Source: Bacillota bacterium
Lineage (GTDB): Bacteria > Bacillota > Clostridia > Peptostreptococcales > Anaerovoracaceae
DNA: 57,532 bases
Direction: 5' to 3'
NCBI GenBank assembly: GCA_016284575.1
Contig: JAEEPD010000041.1
Location: forward strand, 1 to 57,532
Positions 53,191 through 57,532 of this stretch are shown one piece after another. Position 1 is the first letter of the stretch. Every line of letters starts with the position of its first letter. The notes under the pieces were generated by a model. That model was not told the DNA's origin and ran no database searches. It saw nothing but the letters and a program-made list of their open reading frames with translations. Position numbers and translations under genes: made by a program.

Positions 53191-53708
53191 TACTCTGCCT
53201 TTTCCTCTGCGGCGGCTTCCTCCGCCTCATCCTCCAGATCCTCGTACTCGTCGTCCTCGGTGCTGCGCATCTCTTCGGCTTTGGAGTCGTAGAGTATGCC
53301 GTCCAGATGGTCCAGCTCATGGCAGAAGGCTCTGGCCAGAAGCTCAGTACCCTCGTAGGTAACGGGCTGACCATTGCGGTCAAGAGCCTCCACCTTTACC
53401 CATGCAGGTCTGTGGACTCTGCCGGCCATGCCGGGAACCGAAAGGCAGGCCTCCTCCTCGAACTGGTCACCGTCCTGCTCAACTATCCTCGGATTCACCA
53501 GCTCGTAAAGCTGATCGCCCAGCTCTATCACCACCAGCCTTCTGAGAACGCCTATCTGCGGCGCCGCAAGGCCTATGCCCTGAGCATGCCTCATGGTCTC
53601 GGTCATGTCGTCGATTATCTCCCTGACATGATCGTTCACGTCCTTGACTTCCTTAGCGATCTTCCCGAGAACGGGATCTCCTTCGATTACTATATTTCTC
53701 AGTGCCAT
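53190..53708 (-). CDS. def: Peptide deformylase (with acidic C-terminal tail)
   Basis: GIGLAAPQIG, EACLSVPG, HELDHLDG. The tail is EDDEYEDLEDEAEEAAAEEKAE. Confidence 0.9.
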   Translation of the reverse strand: MALRNIVIEGDPVLGKIAKEVKDVNDHVREIIDDMTETMRHAQGIGLAAPQIGVLRRLVVIELGDQLYELVNPRIVEQDGDQFEEEACLSVPGMAGRVHRPAWVKVEALDRNGQPVTYEGTELLARAFCHELDHLDGILYDSKAEEMRSTEDDEYEDLEDEAEEAAAEEKAE

Positions 53709-53717
53709 TCTTTCTCC

Positions 53718-55733
53718 TCACATGAATGAATATGGATTGATATCTATGCTTATGAGCTCGGGTGCTCCCTCTCCCTTTATGAATTCCTTTTTAAGCTCGC
53801 CTATCTTCTCTGCCGCAGCCTGCCTCAGTCCGGCGGGAGCCTTCACCAGTATCTGAAAGCGGTACATGCCGCCCAGCTTAAGCCTGGTGGTTGCCGCAGG
53901 TCCCAGGACCGCACAGCTTCCTCCGAAGGAGCTCCTGAGCTGCTCTGCCCACCTGAGAGCCGCGGCCTCAGCCTTTTCAGCGTCCGGGTCCGCGGATATT
54001 ATCTGGAAGATGTAGCTGAAGGGAGGATAGGACACTGCCCTTCTTATCTCCAGCTCGTGACCGTAAAACTCCAGGTAGTCGTGCCTTGAAGCCGCTCTTA
54101 TGACGGCATTTTCCGGGTCGTAGGTCTGGATTATCACCAGCCCCTGCTCGCTGCCCCTGCCGCTTCTTCCTGCAGCCTGGGTCATCAGCTGAAAGCTTCG
54201 CTCCCCGCTTCTGAAGTCCGGTATGTTCAGACTTGTATCCGCGCTGATGACGCCCACAAGCCCCACATTATCGAAATCCAGGCCCTTGGCCACCAGCTGG
54301 GTGCCTATGAGTATGTCGGTCTTTTTCTTTTCAAAGCGCCTGAGTATGGCCTCCAGAGCGCCTTTTTTGCTGACCGTATCCAGGTCCACGCGCTCTGTCC
54401 GGGCTTCAGGGAAAAGCTCCTTAGCCTTCTCTTCCACCTGCTGGGTGCCGACCCCATACATGCCTATGATCTTGCTCCCGCAGTCCGGGCAGACCTTGGG
54501 CAGAGGAACGCTCCTTCCGCAGTAGTGGCACACGCAGCGCCCTATGTCCTTGTGGTAGGGCATTGCTATGCCGCACTCGGGACAGGTCACCACATATCCG
54601 CATTCCCTGCAGGAAACGTGATTGGAATAGCCCCGGCGGTTCAGAAAGAGTATCACCTGCTTCTTTTCCTTAAGGCAGCGGTCCATCTCCTCCACCAGTG
54701 CCTTGGAGAAGGGACTGCGGTTTCCTGCCTTCACCTCCAGAGTCATGTCCGCTATCTCCACCCTTGGGAGAGGGTTTTCGTTATATCTTGCGGGCAGCTC
54801 TATGCGCCTGAATATGCCCTGGGAGGACCTGTAGTAGTCCTGCACCGAAGGCGTTGCGCTTCCGAGTATCAGCACCGCCTTCTGGGTCTGGGCCCTTCTT
54901 ACCGCCAGTTCTATTGCATCGTACTTGGGGCTCTTATCGCTCTTGTAGCTGGTCTCGTGCTCCTCGTCGATGACGATAAGGCCTATATCCCTTAAAGGGG
55001 CGAAGATGGCTGACCTTGCGCCTATCACCAGTCCCGCCTCCCCCGTCATTATCCTTTTGTATTCAGCGTCCTTCTGGGCCGGGGTGAGCCTGCTGTGGAG
55101 CACCGCTATGATATCCTTGCCGAAGCGATCCACAAAGCGCTGCACGGTCTGGGGCGTAAGGGATATCTCAGGCACCAGGACTATGCCCTGCCTGCCCTCT
55201 TTAAGAGTCTTCTCCATGGCCTGAAGATAGACCTCGGTCTTGCCAGAGCCTGTGACGCCGTGGAGCAGGAAGATGCTGTGCTCTCCGCTTTCTACGGCCG
55301 CGCCGATCTCTGCCGCAGCCTTTCTCTGGGCCTCCGTCAGCTCCTTGGCTTCCTCCGGCCTCTGCTCTATGTCCTCGAAGGGGTCGCGGCTTCTGCCGTT
55401 CCTTGAATTGAAGCTTGGAAGAAAGCAGTTGACCGCCTCTATATATCTGCACAGATAGCGCCTGTGCATCCACAGGGCGGTGGACATGGCCTCCTCGCTC
55501 AGGGAAAAATCCTTGTCAAGTTCAGCTATCTTTTTTATCTTACCTGCAGGAATGCCCTCCGGGGGCTCCTCCAGCACCTGGGCCACATAGGCGTCGATAA
55601 GCCTTTTGCGGGTGCCGAAGCTCACCTTGACCCTGCTTCCCACGGCTGCCCCTTCGATATCGCAGGCGTAGGTGTAGAGCTCGTCAGTGGAGTTGGTGTT
55701 GCTGTCCACGATCACATTCAGATATTTCATCAT
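53718..55733 (-). CDS. priA: Primosomal replication-restart helicase PriA
   Basis: GVTGSGKTEVY (Walker A), DEEH, and a Cys-rich zinc insertion (CRECGYVVTCPECG...CHYCG...CPDCGS). Confidence 0.9.
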   Translation of the reverse strand: MMKYLNVIVDSNTNSTDELYTYACDIEGAAVGSRVKVSFGTRKRLIDAYVAQVLEEPPEGIPAGKIKKIAELDKDFSLSEEAMSTALWMHRRYLCRYIEAVNCFLPSFNSRNGRSRDPFEDIEQRPEEAKELTEAQRKAAAEIGAAVESGEHSIFLLHGVTGSGKTEVYLQAMEKTLKEGRQGIVLVPEISLTPQTVQRFVDRFGKDIIAVLHSRLTPAQKDAEYKRIMTGEAGLVIGARSAIFAPLRDIGLIVIDEEHETSYKSDKSPKYDAIELAVRRAQTQKAVLILGSATPSVQDYYRSSQGIFRRIELPARYNENPLPRVEIADMTLEVKAGNRSPFSKALVEEMDRCLKEKKQVILFLNRRGYSNHVSCRECGYVVTCPECGIAMPYHKDIGRCVCHYCGRSVPLPKVCPDCGSKIIGMYGVGTQQVEEKAKELFPEARTERVDLDTVSKKGALEAILRRFEKKKTDILIGTQLVAKGLDFDNVGLVGVISADTSLNIPDFRSGERSFQLMTQAAGRSGRGSEQGLVIIQTYDPENAVIRAASRHDYLEFYGHELEIRRAVSYPPFSYIFQIISADPDAEKAEAAALRWAEQLRSSFGGSCAVLGPAATTRLKLGGMYRFQILVKAPAGLRQAAAEKIGELKKEFIKGEGAPELISIDINPYSFM

Positions 55734-56365
55734 GGACGGCCCTCCTTTGCTCTGCGCCTTTCCTCAGCCTCCAGCTTAGAAAAAATGCAGCCGCAGTAAT
55801 CCTGCCTGTAAAGGCTATACTCCTTCGAAAGAAGGATCGAGCGGTGGTATCCGTCCTTTTTCTTGTAATTCCCCGCAAGAAACTCAATTCCATACTCCTT
55901 TTCCAGAGCGCTGCCCAGCTGGCAGATAACATCGTAGTTTTTATAGGGGCTGACAGACATGGTGGTATCAAAGCAGTCAAAGCCCTGCTCTGCGGCCATG
56001 CGTGCCGTCTCCCTGAGGCGCAGCTCAAAGCATTTTCTGCACCTTTCGCCCCCCTCAGGCTCCTTTTCCAGCCCCTTTGCGGCCTCAAAAAACTCCCCCG
56101 GGTCAAAGCGGCCTTCTATCAGCTCCACATGGGGCCTTCCCGCAGCCTCGCTCTCGGAAAGAAAGCGCTTCTGCTCCGAAAGCCGGTGCTCATACTCCTC
56201 AGGCTCCGTGATGTTCGGATTGAAATAGAGTATGGTAACATCAAACTCCTCCAGCCGCTCCAGCACCGCCGTGGAGCAGGGTCCGCAGCAGGAATGGAGC
56301 AGCAGCTTCCTTTTAGGAGCCACAGCTTCGCCGTATTCAATTGTTTCAATAGTATTTTCAGCCAT
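55730..56365 (-). CDS. queH: Epoxyqueuosine reductase QueH (DUF208)
   Basis: LLLHSCCGPCS, FYNPNI, CxxC (ERCRKCF), YRQDYCGC. The stop overlaps the priA start (ATGA). Confidence 0.8.
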   Translation of the reverse strand: MAENTIETIEYGEAVAPKRKLLLHSCCGPCSTAVLERLEEFDVTILYFNPNITEPEEYEHRLSEQKRFLSESEAAGRPHVELIEGRFDPGEFFEAAKGLEKEPEGGERCRKCFELRLRETARMAAEQGFDCFDTTMSVSPYKNYDVICQLGSALEKEYGIEFLAGNYKKKDGYHRSILLSKEYSLYRQDYCGCIFSKLEAEERRRAKEGRP

Positions 56366-56508
56366 TGAACAACAAACCCTTTTAGTGCTATTATATTAAT
56401 TGATCGCAGTACAAAACTGCCCTTAAGGCCGTATATGCAAGTATACCACAAAGACTGCGATTTTAGAATGATATGTACGCAACTGTAATGATATCTTAAG
56501 GAAAAAAC

Positions 56509-57288
56509 ATGTATTACTACTCAGACACAGTCAATTATCTGCTGATAGCAGCAGCCGTGATCCCTGCCCTGTACCTGCTCTGGTTCATCTATAAGCACGA
56601 CAGTCTGGAGAGGGAGCCCCTGCACATGCTGATAACCCTTGTGGTCTTCGGCGTAATCTCCACGGAGATAGCTCTGGTGCTGGAAAGGGCCGGCTTTTTC
56701 GTCCTCGACGCAGTCCTGCCAGAGGACAGCCTCGCCTATCTTTTCATCAGCAATTTCCTTATAGTCGGAGTGGCTGAGGAGCTGGCAAAATACGTGCTCC
56801 TTAAGACGAGGACCTGGAAGAGCCCCCACTTCAACTGCAGCTTCGACGGCGTTGTCTATGCCACCTTCGTTTCCCTGGGCTTTGCCCTCTGGGAGAACAT
56901 CAGCTACGTCCTGATGTACGGCTTTGAGACCGCTGTATTAAGAGCCCTTACCGCGGTGCCCGGCCACACCTGCTTTGGCATCTTCATGGGCTGCTGGTAC
57001 GGCGCCGCCAAGCGCTGGGCGAATGCAGGCGAGCCCGCCAAGGCGGCACAGTACCGCAGGCTTTCCGTGATTATACCCTTGATACTCCACGGCTCCTACG
57101 ATTTTCTGGCCAGCATAGACGGCAGCTTCCTGGGCCTCAGTTTCTACCCCTTCGTGATCGTCATGTTCCTGATCTCCTATCTGATGGTAAAGCGCCTGTC
57201 CCTGAACGACAAATTCATAAGCAACAGCTTCCACACCTTCAGCGACGGCTTCGGGGAGGGTGACCAGGACGGAAACAGCCCCATGTAG
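56509..57288 (+). CDS. prsW: PrsW-family intramembrane glutamic/metallo-protease
   Basis: Polytopic. VAEELAKY (EExxK/R motif), FALWEN, TAVPGH and HGSYDF motifs typical of PrsW. Confidence 0.75.
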   Translation: MYYYSDTVNYLLIAAAVIPALYLLWFIYKHDSLEREPLHMLITLVVFGVISTEIALVLERAGFFVLDAVLPEDSLAYLFISNFLIVGVAEELAKYVLLKTRTWKSPHFNCSFDGVVYATFVSLGFALWENISYVLMYGFETAVLRALTAVPGHTCFGIFMGCWYGAAKRWANAGEPAKAAQYRRLSVIIPLILHGSYDFLASIDGSFLGLSFYPFVIVMFLISYLMVKRLSLNDKFISNSFHTFSDGFGEGDQDGNSPM

Positions 57289-57301
57289 CACAAAAGCATA
57301 C

Positions 57302-57333
57302 AAAAACCGCTTCCCTTAAGGAAGCGGTTTTTT
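57302..57333. terminator. Bidirectional intrinsic terminator (prsW / tRNA cluster)
   Basis: AAAAA, then ccgcttcc-cttaa-ggaagcgg, then TTTTTT. Confidence 0.65.
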
Positions 57334-57408
57334 GGTGCCCAGACCCGGAATCGAACCAGGCACACGTAGATTTTCAGTCTACTGCTCTACCTACTGAGCT
57401 ATCTGGGC
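57333..57408 (-). tRNA. tRNA-Phe (anticodon GAA), CCA encoded
   Basis: Reverse complement: GCCCAGA acceptor, GCTCAGTAGGTAGAGC D-arm, anticodon arm gtaga-CTGAAAA-tctac, T-arm GGTTCGATTCC, and the 3' end ...TCTGGGCACCA. Confidence 0.9.
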
Positions 57409-57422
57409 ATACTATGTTAAAT

Positions 57423-57499
57423 TGGTGGGCCCTCCGGGACTTGAACCCAGAACCTGCCGGTTATGAGCCGGATGCTCTGACCGATTGAGCTAAGGGCCC
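57423..57499 (-). tRNA. tRNA with CAT anticodon, probably tRNA-Ile2 (lysidine) rather than elongator Met
   Basis: Reverse complement: GGGCCCT acceptor with a G1-C72 pair (so not an initiator). The anticodon loop CTCATAA in the context GGCTCATAACC resembles Ile2(CAU) genes. CCA encoded. Confidence 0.8.
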
Positions 57500-57511
57500 G
57501 GAGTAGATCAA

Positions 57512-57532
57512 TGGTCGGGGTGCAAGGATTTG
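57512..57532 (-). tRNA. 3' end of another tRNA gene, truncated by the window edge (identity undetermined)
   Basis: The reverse complement ends ...CAAATCCTTGCACCCCGACCA, that is T-loop/T-stem, 7-nt acceptor strand, discriminator A and CCA. Confidence 0.4.

Noticed and set aside
1-57532. Scan for CRISPR arrays, IS elements or inverted terminal repeats, integrases, rRNA genes, riboswitch-sized leaders and large non-coding gaps.
   Set aside because: No regularly spaced repeats were seen. The largest intergenic gaps are about 200-240 bp and are explained by divergent promoters. No transposase- or integrase-like ORFs were found.

Overview
High-GC (roughly 57-58% by eye) Firmicutes/Clostridia-type chromosomal segment. 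It is about 90% coding, with roughly 55 protein genes, 3 complete tRNAs and 1 tRNA cut by the window edge. I saw no rRNA, CRISPR array, transposase, integrase or phage structural genes. From 23.9 to 56.4 kb the window is an almost unbroken minus-strand run of housekeeping operons: yfcE-like/uvrC/D-Ala-D-Ala carboxypeptidase; csoR-copA; nth; whiA-rapZ-PHP-murB; and the classic priA-def-fmt-rsmB-stp-prkC-rsgA-rpe block. Plus-strand exceptions within it are rdgB, a phosphoglucomutase and an aminotransferase. The left third (0-23.9 kb) is more accessory and envelope-oriented. It holds a PII-like gene pair next to an M20 amidohydrolase-nitroreductase fusion, hemW-cca, tRNA-Ser and a four-gene esterase-MoxR-DUF58-transglutaminase operon. 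It also holds a TrkA-C membrane protein, an alpha/beta-hydrolase fused to a polytopic membrane domain, DUF4349 and DUF3048 proteins, a Na/Pi transporter, a lipoprotein trigger-factor-like PPIase and a DUF1292-FAD-MFS operon. I cannot point to one clear-cut novel system. The best candidates for unexplored biology are: (1) a Fic-fold protein with degenerate catalytic and inhibitory motifs, translationally coupled to murB in a murB-PHP-rapZ-whiA operon that lacks yvcK/glmR; (2) the esterase-MoxR-DUF58 operon ending in a transglutaminase with a tandem duplicated module, one copy catalytically dead; (3) the PII-like pair with the M20-nitroreductase fusion; (4) the TrkA-C mini-pore protein next to the hydrolase-membrane fusion; (5) a GH25 lipoprotein muramidase coupled (TAA directly followed by ATG) to a PspC-domain protein; (6) CopA carrying two recently duplicated CopZ-like domains fused at its C-terminus. 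A lower-GC VapBC toxin-antitoxin cassette sits between yfcE and uvrC. All functional calls come from motif recognition by eye; no database search was run.
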